A DNA stretch of 64,000 nucleotides from Candidatus Multivoradales bacterium (GTDB lineage Bacteria > Acidobacteriota > Thermoanaerobaculia > Multivoradales > JAHEKO01): positions 1,248,001-1,312,000 of the forward strand of contig CBDFIJ010000004.1 in the NCBI GenBank assembly GCA_965248055.1, in the 5' to 3' direction. The position numbers and the translations under genes are program-made. This document shows positions 29,817-40,600 of the stretch, piece after piece. The notes under the pieces are model-generated. The model did no database searches. It saw nothing but the letters and a program-made list of their open reading frames with translations, and was not told the DNA's origin. Every line of letters begins with the position of its first letter. The first letter of the stretch is position 1.

Positions 29817-29946
29817 GCTGTCGCTCCTTGGTTTGCTTAACCGGAATGGTCATCGCTGCAGTGATGTGACGCTACCATACCGGCGTTTGGTCAAGAAGCG
29901 GTTAAACTCTGACATTCTGGGCTAGGTTCAGGAAGGGGGGTTTCTT

Positions 29947-32265
29947 GTGTCTTTGGTCGGTCGCAAACTCGATAAGTTCGAAATCATTGAAGTCATAGGC
30001 CGTGGTGGCTTTGGCGAGGTCTATCGAGCCCACGATCAGCAACTGCGCCGCGAAGTCGCGATCAAAGTTCTTCCCTCGCAATTTTCTTCTGACCAAGCTG
30101 CTCGCGAGCGCTTTTTGCGCGAGGCCAGAGCTGCATCGCGCCTGAATCACCCGAACATCTGTACCGTCTATCAAGTCGGCGAGGAGGGCAACACGACCTT
30201 CATCGTCATGGAGTTGATCGACGGCAAGAATCTTTACGACCACATCGATGGCGCCCCGCTGCTGCTCGACGACTTTTTCCACATCGCGATTCAGATCGCC
30301 AAAGGGCTCGCCGACGCGCACCGCCGGGGCCTCGCACACCGCGATATCAAGAGCACCAACATCATGGTGCAACAGAATGAAGTGGTGAAAATACTGGACT
30401 TCGGTCTTGCACGAATGGCTCATACCGAAACCAGCGACGGTACAACCCATATCACCCAGGAAGGTTCCGTCCTTGGCACCATCGGCTATATGGCACCTGA
30501 GATCCTGTTGGGTAAGGAATCCGACTCCCGCGTCGACATCTTCAGTTTTGGAGTTCTATGCTACGAGTTGTTAACCGGAGACCTCCCGTTCAAGGGCAAA
30601 TCGGTCTACGAGACCGCCAATCAGATCTTGACCCAGGCCGATCGCGCGATTTCCAAGTTGCGCGAAGCGGCACCGAACGATCTCGCCAACTTGATCGCTG
30701 GCATGCTCGAACGAGACCCCGGCGATCGGGTACAAGAGATGGAGACCGCGCTAACGGTCCTGAAGCGGCTCGATGAAGAGAGACGATTGGTCGAGACTGC
30801 CGCTTATTCCGATCTCCGCGTTTTCGCCGAACAAATCGTCGCCAGTGGGCCGACCATGGCGGTACTGCCGTTTGGCAATCTGAGCCCTGACCCAGAAAAT
30901 GAGTTCTTTGCCGATGGGCTCACCGAAGAACTCACCACCGTACTGGCCAAGATCGAAGGGTTGTCGGTGGCCTCTCGAACTTCTGCCTTTGCGTTCAAAA
31001 ATCACGCTGGGGATGTACGCGAACTTGGCGAAACTCTGCACGTCGGTCACGTTTTGGAAGGAAGCGTGCGCCGGTTTGGCAACCGGGTGCGTATCTCTGC
31101 CCAATTGGTCAATACCGACAACGGCTATCAGAGTTGGTCTGGGGTGTTTGATCGCAAGATTGAAGACATCTTTGCTCTGCAGGATGAAATCGCCCGCACC
31201 ATCGCCCGGCAACTCAAGATCGAACTGGTTGGCCGCGATGAAAAACTGGTTGAGGCCAAGACCGACGACATTGAGGCCTACAACTCGTATCTCAAGGGTC
31301 GCTATTTCTGGAATCGGCGCTATGAGGCAGGGATCAAGCGGGGCATCGAGTTTTTCAAGCACGCCCTGGAATTAGACCGCGACTACCCTCTCCCCTACGC
31401 TGGTTTGGCTGATTCGTACAACATGTTGGCTTTCTACAGCTATGTTGACCCACAGCAAGGATTTCCGGCTGCCGAGCAAGCAGCTCGCAAGGCGCTTGAC
31501 CTAGATCCTTCGTTGGCTGAAGCCGAAGCTGCTCTCGGTTGGACAGCCTCTTTCTACCATCGGGACTGGCGGCAAGGCGCCAAGCACTTTCAGCGAGCAA
31601 TCGAGCTCAACCCTGAGTATGGCAACGCCTACTTTTGGTACTCATTCCTACTGGTGATCCAGGGCCGGATGCGCGAAAGCTTGGAGCAAGTTAAGAAGGC
31701 CCGAGCTCTAGATCCACTCTCGGCGATCGTCATGACCGGGACCGGATACTTGCTTTATTTCCACCACCAATTTGACGTGGCGATTGAAGAGGTCAACGCA
31801 GGGCTAGAGCTAGACCCCTCGTTTCCAGTGGCCGATCTCTTCTACTGCTGGAACCACTTTGGCAAGAAAGACTACGAGCGTGCCATGGCCCACGGTCTCA
31901 AATCAGTGGAAACAGTCCCGCTATCGACGACGCGCTCCATGCTTGGTTGTTCGATGGTTGGTGCTGGCCAGGTCCAGGAAGCGGAAGAGTTACTACACCA
32001 AATGGAGAATGACGAGGAAGGCTACATCTCTCCCTATTTCCTCGCTGCCCTCAACTTCCATCTCGGCAACGCGGACCGAGGCAAAGAGCTGATCAATTTG
32101 GCCTTCGAAAACCGCGACAACCACCTCTGTTTCGTCGCTGTAGATCCGCTGTTTGACAACTACCACGGAGAAGACTGGTACCACGACATCACCAGCCGAC
32201 TGAATCTTTCAGAAACCGACACCCGGATCGCGGTCGAATCCGGACTCAACTTGATCGACCCTTAG
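29947..32265 (+). CDS. Ser/Thr protein kinase with TolB-like and TPR domains
   Basis: GRGGFG, HRDIK, DFG, APE; AVLPFGNLS..FADGLTEE; TPRs. Confidence 0.93.
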   Translation: MSLVGRKLDKFEIIEVIGRGGFGEVYRAHDQQLRREVAIKVLPSQFSSDQAARERFLREARAASRLNHPNICTVYQVGEEGNTTFIVMELIDGKNLYDHIDGAPLLLDDFFHIAIQIAKGLADAHRRGLAHRDIKSTNIMVQQNEVVKILDFGLARMAHTETSDGTTHITQEGSVLGTIGYMAPEILLGKESDSRVDIFSFGVLCYELLTGDLPFKGKSVYETANQILTQADRAISKLREAAPNDLANLIAGMLERDPGDRVQEMETALTVLKRLDEERRLVETAAYSDLRVFAEQIVASGPTMAVLPFGNLSPDPENEFFADGLTEELTTVLAKIEGLSVASRTSAFAFKNHAGDVRELGETLHVGHVLEGSVRRFGNRVRISAQLVNTDNGYQSWSGVFDRKIEDIFALQDEIARTIARQLKIELVGRDEKLVEAKTDDIEAYNSYLKGRYFWNRRYEAGIKRGIEFFKHALELDRDYPLPYAGLADSYNMLAFYSYVDPQQGFPAAEQAARKALDLDPSLAEAEAALGWTASFYHRDWRQGAKHFQRAIELNPEYGNAYFWYSFLLVIQGRMRESLEQVKKARALDPLSAIVMTGTGYLLYFHHQFDVAIEEVNAGLELDPSFPVADLFYCWNHFGKKDYERAMAHGLKSVETVPLSTTRSMLGCSMVGAGQVQEAEELLHQMENDEEGYISPYFLAALNFHLGNADRGKELINLAFENRDNHLCFVAVDPLFDNYHGEDWYHDITSRLNLSETDTRIAVESGLNLIDP

Positions 32266-33503
32266 AGACCAACGGTCGATGATCCCTGGTCAATCGATCG
32301 TTGCAGCACCACCCGAAAGCTCTCCAGGGTTCCAGTGCGGTCCATCTGGTGGGCGCATCCCCATAAATAGAGTTGGAACAATCGAAAAACCCGTTCGCCA
32401 AATTTGGCCACTAGTTCTTCTTCCGCAGCTTCTAGATTCTTCGCCCAGGCGACCAGAGTCAGGTAATAACTGCGGCGGTCATTATGCACCGCCACCGGCT
32501 CAAATTTGGTTTGATTGGCAGCTTCCAGAAGATCCGGAAGGACCACTGGAGTGTGGTTTCCTGGGAACACGTAACGATAGGTGAAGGATCGAACCGAGTA
32601 CTTCTTACGGTTAGCGGCGAAATCCATATAGACAAAGCCACCCGGTCGCACCAGACGCTCGAAGCACTTCAACAGGCGCTGGTAGTCGGGCAGGTGTTCC
32701 ATCACTCCCAGTAACACCACCGCGTCAAATGGCCGGTCGGCTTGATATTCAAAAATGTCAGCATACTCCACCCGCAACTCACAGGGCATGTCGTGGCTGC
32801 TGGCGAAGTTTTGCAGGTGCTTATACTGCTCTTTGGAGAGGGTCAGCATGGTGGAATTGATGCCTTTACGACCCAAATACTTCTCCGCGGCACCCCATCC
32901 ACCACCCACGTCCAAAACCCTTGACCCCGCGGACAGGCGACAACGATTGGTGATGTATTCCAGTTTGTTCACCACTGCCTGTTCGAGACTTTCGTCCTCG
33001 TGGCGATACAGAGCCTGCGAATAGAGCCCCACTTCCTTGTCAAGAAAAGTGAAGTAGAACTCATTGCCATAGTCGTAGTGTTGGGGAATCCAGTCCTTGT
33101 CGGCACTAACTTGACCCTTGAGCCAAGGAGTCAGGAATCTCCAGAAAGACCAGATCGGTTGGCGGTCGGTAAATATCGAGCGCAGCGCGAGCGCTTCCAT
33201 CAGGTCACCCTCGATGTCGATCCGCCCGTCCAGGTAGGCCATCCCGATACTGCTCTCGTCCATCGAAGCGAAAGCAGCCAGTGCCTTGGCGTCACGAATG
33301 TGGACAGTGAAGCGCGGAGATTCTGCCTCAGAACCACCCACCGTCGCTCCCTGCCCATCCGGCCCGACAACCGCGAAACGTGGCACCGTTCGACCTGCTA
33401 ACTTTCGATGCAGCGTGCGTTCAAGACGCACCGAGTCATTCGATTTAGATCGCTTAGAAGCGACGCCGCCTTTGCCCATCAAGAACCTCCCTCCGGGCGT
33501 CAC
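32262..33503 (-). CDS. Cyclopropane-fatty-acyl-phospholipid synthase family methyltransferase
   Basis: HYDYGNEFY, LDVGGGWG, MEH, YVFPG. Confidence 0.85.
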   Translation of the reverse strand: MTPGGRFLMGKGGVASKRSKSNDSVRLERTLHRKLAGRTVPRFAVVGPDGQGATVGGSEAESPRFTVHIRDAKALAAFASMDESSIGMAYLDGRIDIEGDLMEALALRSIFTDRQPIWSFWRFLTPWLKGQVSADKDWIPQHYDYGNEFYFTFLDKEVGLYSQALYRHEDESLEQAVVNKLEYITNRCRLSAGSRVLDVGGGWGAAEKYLGRKGINSTMLTLSKEQYKHLQNFASSHDMPCELRVEYADIFEYQADRPFDAVVLLGVMEHLPDYQRLLKCFERLVRPGGFVYMDFAANRKKYSVRSFTYRYVFPGNHTPVVLPDLLEAANQTKFEPVAVHNDRRSYYLTLVAWAKNLEAAEEELVAKFGERVFRLFQLYLWGCAHQMDRTGTLESFRVVLQRSIDQGSSTVGL

Positions 33504-33522
33504 TGCCTATCAACAACGGCGA

Positions 33523-35322
33523 CTACCCTTCCAAGTTGGCTTGGTCGGAGTCTCCCATAGTTTGGCCCTGAGGGAAATACTCGCCCCAGCGTCGGTCGAC
33601 CAACTGTTTGGTGTCGGGGTCAACGAACAGTTCCGCGGGGAAATTAGCTGGGGTTCTGGCGTCCAGAACGATAGGGCCGCTATAAGCGAGGTGATTGTCC
33701 TTCACCGTGGTCTTGGCCGCCGACAAGTCTTGGGCTGGATCTAGGCGGGTAAAAGTGGTCCAAAGAAAATTGACTCCTGCGACGGCGGCCCGGCGCGCAT
33801 CGTCAGTGACCACCACCAGCGGCCAGTCTTCAAACGCCAGGTTGCGGGCGATCTCAGCGGCAGCAGATGGGTACTCAGCTTTGGATCCGGTTTCGACCAC
33901 CAGACAACCGCGACAGAAGACCCGCACGTCGGTCACCTGGGAGGGAGGCAGTGCCGAAAACTTGTGGGGCAGATCTCGGATTGGGGCACCTAGGCCCATC
34001 CATACGCATTTCGAACCATGGTTGATCTTGGGCCCCGCGTAGTCGAGGGTATCCATCGAGGTGTTGGCCAACACGTAGAGGTCGGTTTCGGGGCGGGTTC
34101 GCTCTAGCACGGTTTCCAGAACCTCGGCAAAATTGCGCAGGTCGACCACAGCGTCGGTCACCAGCAAAAATTTGGTCAACGATAGTTGGCCCTCTCCCAA
34201 GATTCGGAACGCGCTGGCCAGGGCCTCCCGACGGTAGCGATCTCGCACCACCGCCGCTGCCAGCGAGTGATATCCGGTCTCACCATAGGACCAGAGAGAG
34301 CGCACCGCGGGCATCACTAGGGGGAACAACGGTGACAGGATCTCCTGCAGCAGATCGCCCAAATAGAAGTCCTCCTGGCGCGGCTTGCCGACCACGGTGG
34401 CCGGCAAGATTGCGTCGCGCCGGTGATACATACGATCCACCCGGAACACCGGAAAAGGATGCTCCAGAGAGTAGTAACCGTAGTGATCGCCAAACGGACC
34501 CTCGATGCGACTCTCAGCCGGGTCCACCGTACCCACCAGACAAAGGTCCGCCGAAGCGGGTAGCGAGTGCCCGCCGGGTGGCGTCCAGACCGGCAGCTTG
34601 CGACCCAAGATCAAAGAAGCGAGCATCATTTCTGGAACGTTTTCCGGCAATGGCGCAACCGCAGCCAAGATCATCGCTGGGGGACCGCCGAGAAACACCG
34701 TTACCGGCAACTTGACCCCTTGATCGGCGGCTTGAGCTAAATGAAATCCGCCGCCCTTGCCGATCTGCCAGTGCATTCCCGTGCTGGCGTCATCGTAAAT
34801 CTGCATGCGATAGACGCCCAGGTTGGCGGCCCCACCATTGGGCGGTTTGGTCAACACATTGGGCCAAGTCAGAAATGGTCCGCCATCTTCGGCCCAGGTG
34901 GTCAGAGCCGGAAGACCGCCCAGCGTCGGAACGGCTGACACTTCTGATACCGGAGCGCGGCGCGCTGGCTTGTTGCCCAAACGTGTCAACTGGCGGAGCA
35001 ACCCTCGTTTCGCCCAAAGTTCACCCACAGCGGGTGGCACCGGACCTTGCGCAAGCTCGACCACTTGTTCGATCCAGTGATGGGGGTTCTTGCCGAACGC
35101 CAATTCCATGCGCTTGACCGAGCCAAAAAGGTTGGTGACCACCGGGAACACCGACCCCTTAGGATTGCGGAAAAGAAGCGCCGGACCGTTGGCGGCAATC
35201 ACCCGCCGGTGAATTTCAGCGAGTTCGAGTTTCGGGTCCACCGAAACTTCGACTTCAACCAATTCACCCTCTTTGCTTAAGACTTCCAAATACTGGTGCA
35301 GATCACCCGGTGGAGACATCAT
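33523..35322 (-). CDS. UbiD family decarboxylase (long, menaquinone-pathway type)
   Basis: NLGVYRMQ, EGPFGDHYGYY, GKPRQED, DTLDY. Confidence 0.9.
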   Translation of the reverse strand: MMSPPGDLHQYLEVLSKEGELVEVEVSVDPKLELAEIHRRVIAANGPALLFRNPKGSVFPVVTNLFGSVKRMELAFGKNPHHWIEQVVELAQGPVPPAVGELWAKRGLLRQLTRLGNKPARRAPVSEVSAVPTLGGLPALTTWAEDGGPFLTWPNVLTKPPNGGAANLGVYRMQIYDDASTGMHWQIGKGGGFHLAQAADQGVKLPVTVFLGGPPAMILAAVAPLPENVPEMMLASLILGRKLPVWTPPGGHSLPASADLCLVGTVDPAESRIEGPFGDHYGYYSLEHPFPVFRVDRMYHRRDAILPATVVGKPRQEDFYLGDLLQEILSPLFPLVMPAVRSLWSYGETGYHSLAAAVVRDRYRREALASAFRILGEGQLSLTKFLLVTDAVVDLRNFAEVLETVLERTRPETDLYVLANTSMDTLDYAGPKINHGSKCVWMGLGAPIRDLPHKFSALPPSQVTDVRVFCRGCLVVETGSKAEYPSAAAEIARNLAFEDWPLVVVTDDARRAAVAGVNFLWTTFTRLDPAQDLSAAKTTVKDNHLAYSGPIVLDARTPANFPAELFVDPDTKQLVDRRWGEYFPQGQTMGDSDQANLEG

Positions 35323-35350
35323 CGGTGAAGGATACAGCTAGACTTGCTCG

Positions 35351-36118
35351 GTGATCGATCGCCGCCACCCACGGACCAAAAACACTGTGCTAACAGCCGT
35401 TGCGCTCGCCATGTGCTGGCTGTCGATAACTTCCATATCTTTGGGATGTGGACGGCGCGATCCCAACGTGCTGCGCATCGCGGCGGCTACCAGTCTGCGC
35501 CAGGTGATGGTCGAGCTGGAGCAGAATCTGGAGCCCGAGATCGAGGTCGAAGTGGCGATCGCCGCTTCCGGAACGTTAGTGCGCCAGATCGAAGCCGGGG
35601 TCGATTTCGACCTGTTGATCGCTGCGGCGCGGTGGCCAATCGAGGAACTGGCATCCCAGCAGCTGACCACCGGACCCGCTCACACCTTGGCGACCAATCA
35701 GTTGGTGGTCGTCAGCTTGGACCCCGATCTTCGACTCAAAACCTGGGTCACTGGTTCCGGTCGTCTCGCCATCGGAGACCCACGCTACGTACCGGCTGGT
35801 CGCTACGCGCAAGAATGGCTAGAACAGCAACAACTCCTGGGCGCCTTGCGCACTCGACAAGTGTTCACTGCAGATGTCGCCGGAGTCGCCGCCCACATTG
35901 CCGCTGGCAGCGTAGATGCGGGCATCCTCTATCGGACCGAGGCCGTATTGTTTCCCCGGTTACACCCAGTTGAGGAACTGAACCTGGATCAGGCACCGGA
36001 AGTGGTTGCGGTGGCCCTGCAAAACGCTCGCACCGATCTCGCCGACCAAGCACTGCAATTTCTGCTTTCTAGCTCGGGAAGGGAAATCTTTGTCCGCCAC
36101 GGGTTTGACCTCCCATGA
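35351..36118 (+). CDS. modA: Molybdate ABC transporter substrate-binding protein
   Basis: AAATSL, ASGTLVRQIEAG, VPAGRYA, DAGILY; lipoprotein signal. Confidence 0.88.
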   Translation: MIDRRHPRTKNTVLTAVALAMCWLSITSISLGCGRRDPNVLRIAAATSLRQVMVELEQNLEPEIEVEVAIAASGTLVRQIEAGVDFDLLIAAARWPIEELASQQLTTGPAHTLATNQLVVVSLDPDLRLKTWVTGSGRLAIGDPRYVPAGRYAQEWLEQQQLLGALRTRQVFTADVAGVAAHIAAGSVDAGILYRTEAVLFPRLHPVEELNLDQAPEVVAVALQNARTDLADQALQFLLSSSGREIFVRHGFDLP

Positions 36119-36807
36119 TCGACCTATTTCCCATCCGTCTCTCACTGGAAGTCGGTCTCGCCGCACTACTGGTGATCTTGCTACCCGGATGCTTGCTAGC
36201 TTGGCTGCAAGCGCACAAGAAATTGGTCTTTCCCCGCGTTATCGACGCACTCCTCCTGGTTCCTTTGGTGCTGCCACCCTCGGTAGTCGGATATCTACTG
36301 GTCCAACTGCTGAGCACCAGAGGACCTTTGTCCGGCCTATTCAGCGCGCTGGGCGTCGAGATCTTGCTAACTCCCGCCGCCGCGATCTGTGCCTCCAGCA
36401 TCGCCGCCTTCCCGCTGCTGACCAAGACCTTGCAACCATCGTTCGCCTCGGTACCCGTTGAACTGGAGGAAGTCGGCGCCAGTTTGGGGCTGTCCCCGCT
36501 ACGCGTGTTTCTCAAAGTCACGGTTCCCACCGCCTGGCGCGGATTGTTCGCCGGTTGTGCCTTGGCTTTCGCTCGGGCGGTTGGCGAATTTGGCGCCACC
36601 TTGATGGTCGCCGGCTACATACCAGGAAAAACCAACACCATCCCGCTGGAAATCTACGCCTCTTACCAAGCCGGAGATCATCGACGCGCGGCCTTCTATG
36701 TGACGATCATGCTGGTCTTCGCGCTGGTGGTTTCCTGGGTGACCTCGGCCTGGGGAGAACAGACCCTACGCACCGCAAGCCGCCGCTCTTCCCGGCAAGA
36801 AACCTAG
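36115..36807 (+). CDS. modB: Molybdate ABC transporter permease
   Basis: PLVLPPSVVGY, FARAVGEFGATLMVAG.IPGKT. Confidence 0.92.
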   Translation: MIDLFPIRLSLEVGLAALLVILLPGCLLAWLQAHKKLVFPRVIDALLLVPLVLPPSVVGYLLVQLLSTRGPLSGLFSALGVEILLTPAAAICASSIAAFPLLTKTLQPSFASVPVELEEVGASLGLSPLRVFLKVTVPTAWRGLFAGCALAFARAVGEFGATLMVAGYIPGKTNTIPLEIYASYQAGDHRRAAFYVTIMLVFALVVSWVTSAWGEQTLRTASRRSSRQET

Positions 36808-36822
36808 TCGCGTGCTGCTGCG

Positions 36823-37533
36823 ATGTTGAGAGCCGACTTCACTGCCACAACCCCCGACCGCGACCATCAAGTTGAGGTTCGCTTCCGGCTTGCTCAGGGA
36901 GTTCTGCTATTTCATGGGTCGTCCGGGGTTGGAAAGACGCTAGCTCTGCGCACTTTGGCAGGGCTCATTCGTCCGCACTCCGGAAGCGTATCCGTCGATC
37001 GAGAGGTCTGGGACGACGTTTCGGCTGGCCTGCATATCCCGATGCATCGAAGACGTTTGGGGTTGGTACCTCAGCACCCCAGTTTGTTCCCCTTTACTTC
37101 GGTGTTGGGCAATGTCGGCTTCGGAGTGCCCGGCTATCGGCAATCCGATCAAGTCCAGGCGCTGATGCGTCAGTTCGAGATCGAGCAACTGGCTCAAGCT
37201 GATCCCAATACGCTCTCCGGCGGCGAGCGCCAACGGGTTGCGATCGCTCGAGCTCTTGCTCCCAGCCCTCGTTTGTTATTGATGGATGAGCCGTTTTCCT
37301 CGCTGGACCGAGACTCACGCATTCGCTTGCTGCCGATTCTTCGAAACACTCTGGAGTCGTTGGGCGCCAGTGCCATCGTCGTCAGCCACAATCTTGAGGA
37401 CGCCAAACACCTCGGTGCAAGGGTCCTGAGCTTCGAGTTGTCAAAACCCGGTGTCGGCCAAGGAATAGGCGATGAAGCAGAGGGCGAATTGCGAATGGAC
37501 CGCTCCAGTCCTGAACCGACTCCTACGGTCTAA
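36823..37533 (+). CDS. modC: Molybdate ABC transporter ATP-binding protein
   Basis: GSSGVGKT, LSGGERQR, DEPFSSLD; follows modAB. Confidence 0.85.
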   Translation: MLRADFTATTPDRDHQVEVRFRLAQGVLLFHGSSGVGKTLALRTLAGLIRPHSGSVSVDREVWDDVSAGLHIPMHRRRLGLVPQHPSLFPFTSVLGNVGFGVPGYRQSDQVQALMRQFEIEQLAQADPNTLSGGERQRVAIARALAPSPRLLLMDEPFSSLDRDSRIRLLPILRNTLESLGASAIVVSHNLEDAKHLGARVLSFELSKPGVGQGIGDEAEGELRMDRSSPEPTPTV

Positions 37534-38330
37534 GCTGCTGCGACTTTGGTTCCGCGAATCGAATCGCCGGCCATGGCGGCGCTGAGTTCTCCGGAACGCA
37601 GCCCGTTGATTAGCCAGGATTCAACCCCGCGCTGCGCCAAGGACTGCACCGTCTGCCAGCGCAAAGCCATTCCGCCGGTGACGTCGGGGCCTTTCACCTC
37701 ACCAATGAACAGCTCGTCGGTGTGCTGCAGCGCCGATACCGTCTGTCCGTCGGCATCGAGAATGCCGTCGGTCTCTCCGACCCAGATCACCCTGCCAATC
37801 GGCAGCTTCTGGGCCAAACAGCAAAACACTTCTTCGGTCGAGGCGATGCGGGCCCCGCCGTGTTGATCCCAGACCACGTCCCCCATCACTACCGGCACTG
37901 CACCGCTGGCCAGGGCACCCGTCATACCCGCCAAATCAGAAGCCCGCAGGGCATCCTTCTCCCAGGTGCACCAAGCGGCGGGAGGAAATGACGCCGGCGC
38001 AACCCCGGCCCGCTGCAAGCTAGCGACCACAATGCCGTGGAGGCGCCGCGCAGCACTCTGAATCTCAGTCGCTGCCGTGGCCTCAGAGCGGGTGAAACGA
38101 CCGGAGGCGGCCCCGGCATCCACCGCCGCACGATGACCAAAAGATCCGCTGCCGTGCCCCAAGAGGATCGACGTGGTTCCTCCAGATGCCAGATCCCTAG
38201 ACAGTGCCAATTCTCGAGACCGCGCCAGTTCTTGAGACAGTCGATCGATCACTGGTTGGCGAGCTTCTTCGCGCCCCGCCTTGTTGGTCAGGACGCTGCC
38301 GCCGAACTTAATGAAGGTGAGTTTGCTCAT
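37530..38330 (-). CDS. ipk: Isopentenyl phosphate kinase
   Basis: KFGGSVLTNK, HGSGSFGH, DVTGGM (amino-acid-kinase fold, IPK-type His); in MVA operon. Confidence 0.88.
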   Translation of the reverse strand: MSKLTFIKFGGSVLTNKAGREEARQPVIDRLSQELARSRELALSRDLASGGTTSILLGHGSGSFGHRAAVDAGAASGRFTRSEATAATEIQSAARRLHGIVVASLQRAGVAPASFPPAAWCTWEKDALRASDLAGMTGALASGAVPVVMGDVVWDQHGGARIASTEEVFCCLAQKLPIGRVIWVGETDGILDADGQTVSALQHTDELFIGEVKGPDVTGGMALRWQTVQSLAQRGVESWLINGLRSGELSAAMAGDSIRGTKVAAA

Positions 38331-38388
38331 TGGCTAGCAGTTTGTAGTTCTTGAATTGATACTCAGATCGAGCTAGCGCAGCTCGACG

Positions 38389-39396
38389 CTACTCCGACTC
38401 GTCAAGAAATCGAGCACCGTGGCCGGTGCGATCTCGAATCACGTTCTGTACCAACCTCAAATCATCCACCGCAGCGGCCACCTGTGCTTCATACTCCGGC
38501 TCACACAGCACATGAACGTTGGGGCCGGCGTCGATGGTGAAACAACAGGGCACTCCGGCTTGGTTCAGTTCTCTCACCCGCGCCATGACTTCCAAAGTGC
38601 CTGGCTGCCAGTAGATCGTTCGCGGCCTGGTTGACATCGCGATCAAGTGCAACTCCATCGCTTCTTCCTCCACCACCTTGGCTAGGCGGGAAAAATCCCG
38701 CTGACGCACTGCACGCCGAACGATTTCGGTGCGGGCCGGCAGCAGCTCCAAACGCCGGGCAAAGTGCGGGCTGCTGGGTGCCAAACGATGCCCTTCAAGC
38801 GAAGAGACCTCTTTGGGATCGGCACTGACAATGGCGATGACGTCGCTCAAGATCCAGTGGTCTCGTGGCGCCACTACCTCGATCTTGTCGCGCAGATTGC
38901 GCGACGGCCACTGCACGTATCCGCCGGCCACCGACCGCGCCGCCGATCCTGAGCCACCCAACAGCACCATTCCCGGAGCCCCTCCGCCACTCACTTGGTG
39001 ATCCAGAGCACCACACGTGGCGATCGCCAGGGCGGCAAATCCGGAAGCGGAAGACGCCAATCCGACGCTGGCGGGAAAAGTATTCTCGGTCCAAACGCGA
39101 AACCCACCGCGGGTGTTGCCCAATTTTTCTTGAATTTTTTCCAGGTGGGTGGAAACTCGCGCGGCGAAGCCGGTCGGCGCCAACTGCGGTCCGGACTCCT
39201 GAGAAAGCCAGACCTCAACCCCAGTCGCCGACGGGTCATACTCCACCGTGGTTCGAGTCCGAGCCTTCGACAGGGTCATTGAAATCGATGGGTTGTAGGG
39301 AACCAACAAGGACTCGTTACGCAGTCCCCAATACTTGATTAAGGCAATGTTGGAAGGGGCGATGGCTGTTGAGGTTCGCGTCACAGTGTTCATCAA
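38389..39396 (-). CDS. mvaD: Mevalonate-(di)phosphate decarboxylase, probably phosphomevalonate decarboxylase
   Basis: NIALIKYWG, GLASSASG, GSGSAARS, DAGPNVH; SSLEGH in place of SSRxGM. Confidence 0.88.
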   Translation of the reverse strand: MMNTVTRTSTAIAPSNIALIKYWGLRNESLLVPYNPSISMTLSKARTRTTVEYDPSATGVEVWLSQESGPQLAPTGFAARVSTHLEKIQEKLGNTRGGFRVWTENTFPASVGLASSASGFAALAIATCGALDHQVSGGGAPGMVLLGGSGSAARSVAGGYVQWPSRNLRDKIEVVAPRDHWILSDVIAIVSADPKEVSSLEGHRLAPSSPHFARRLELLPARTEIVRRAVRQRDFSRLAKVVEEEAMELHLIAMSTRPRTIYWQPGTLEVMARVRELNQAGVPCCFTIDAGPNVHVLCEPEYEAQVAAAVDDLRLVQNVIRDRTGHGARFLDESE

Positions 39397-39544
39397 TTCA
39401 AGTTCATTAAATCGAGTTCTTCAACTTAAGTTCTACCATTCATAGTCCTACAGATTACGGTTCCAACTGTCGTAATTCTCAACGTCGCGACCCACTTGAC
39501 CATCGGTCTCTTTGAACATGGCCTTTTGCAACCGTGGCCCGAAG

Positions 39545-40600
39545 CTAAACGCTCTCCACCTGCAAACCCGGAACCGAAATCGTAGCATCATGGCGACGCC
39601 AGGACGCGGGAACCACCGGATCGGCACCAGCAGAATACGCGAGAAGGCAGCCAGCTCGCTCCCCGCGCGCCGTGCCCGCTCCACTCAACTTGGCCGCGCC
39701 TGCTTGATCTTCCCAAGAGCTTACCCAGTCGGCAACCGGGTCGGGGACAACGCCGATCTGTTCCATCTCGCGATGATAGAGGCGAACCAGCGGGCCAACG
39801 TCGCCGCCGCTCTCCAGCAGCCGGCGAAACTCGGTGGTTGCCACAGCCATTCGGTCCCAGCCAGCATAGCTTGCTCCCCCGGTATTCTCGCGCACCGTCT
39901 CAACCACAGTACCAGTGCTCTGCTCAGGAACACCCGTGTCCAGAATTGTCGGCTGGATCTGCGAACCCTTGGTCAAAGACTCGACCTCGACGCGACCGTA
40001 CTCGGCGCTCGGTTGAGCCCATAGGATTCCCCCTCGAAGCACCGCTTCATGGTCAATACCGGATGGAAATCCGTGCTGGCGCCGTTCCACCTCCAAGACC
40101 ACAGACGAAATCCGTTCCAGATCCATCGGTTCGCCGACAAAACCCAGCCAAGCGCCGACGATCGCACTCGCTACCGACGCCGAGCTCCCCATTCCCGCGC
40201 CCAACGGCAGTTCAGAAGAGAGCGTCATTCGCAAACCGTTCGGCGCTGAACCGGTAGCCCTAACCGCTTCGCCCAGAGCCAACTGAACGAACCGCTCCGC
40301 TCCGCCGCCCGCCATCAAACGGTGTAAGCGCTGGGCGCTGGGTGCTGCGGCATAGGCATTCCACCGTCGCCGCGCCTGCTCGGCATGATCGATGATTTCC
40401 TGGCTACTCCAGTGAAAGACTTGGTTCAGGTCGACCAAGTCGGCGACCACTCCTTTGCCAGCGTCGCTCTCGAAAACTACCTCGGTCGTCAATCCAACCG
40501 TCGCGACCACCGCCGGGCGTCCATAGACCGCGGCGTGCTCACCCATCAAGATGATTTTGCCGGGACAGACGGCTCTAACCGGGGACACAGAGCGACTCAA
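39545..40600 (-). CDS. mvk: Mevalonate kinase
   Basis: PGKIILMGEHAAVYG, PLGAGMGSSAS, HGFPSGID, KLSGAG. Confidence 0.92.
   Translation of the reverse strand: MSRSVSPVRAVCPGKIILMGEHAAVYGRPAVVATVGLTTEVVFESDAGKGVVADLVDLNQVFHWSSQEIIDHAEQARRRWNAYAAAPSAQRLHRLMAGGGAERFVQLALGEAVRATGSAPNGLRMTLSSELPLGAGMGSSASVASAIVGAWLGFVGEPMDLERISSVVLEVERRQHGFPSGIDHEAVLRGGILWAQPSAEYGRVEVESLTKGSQIQPTILDTGVPEQSTGTVVETVRENTGGASYAGWDRMAVATTEFRRLLESGGDVGPLVRLYHREMEQIGVVPDPVADWVSSWEDQAGAAKLSGAGTARGERAGCLLAYSAGADPVVPASWRRHDATISVPGLQVESV

Noticed and set aside
33523-35322. UbiD as the anhydromevalonate-phosphate decarboxylase of the Aeropyrum-type MVA pathway
   Set aside because: No AcnX dehydratase in the window, the protein is the long ~600-aa type, and a PMD-like gene is already in the operon
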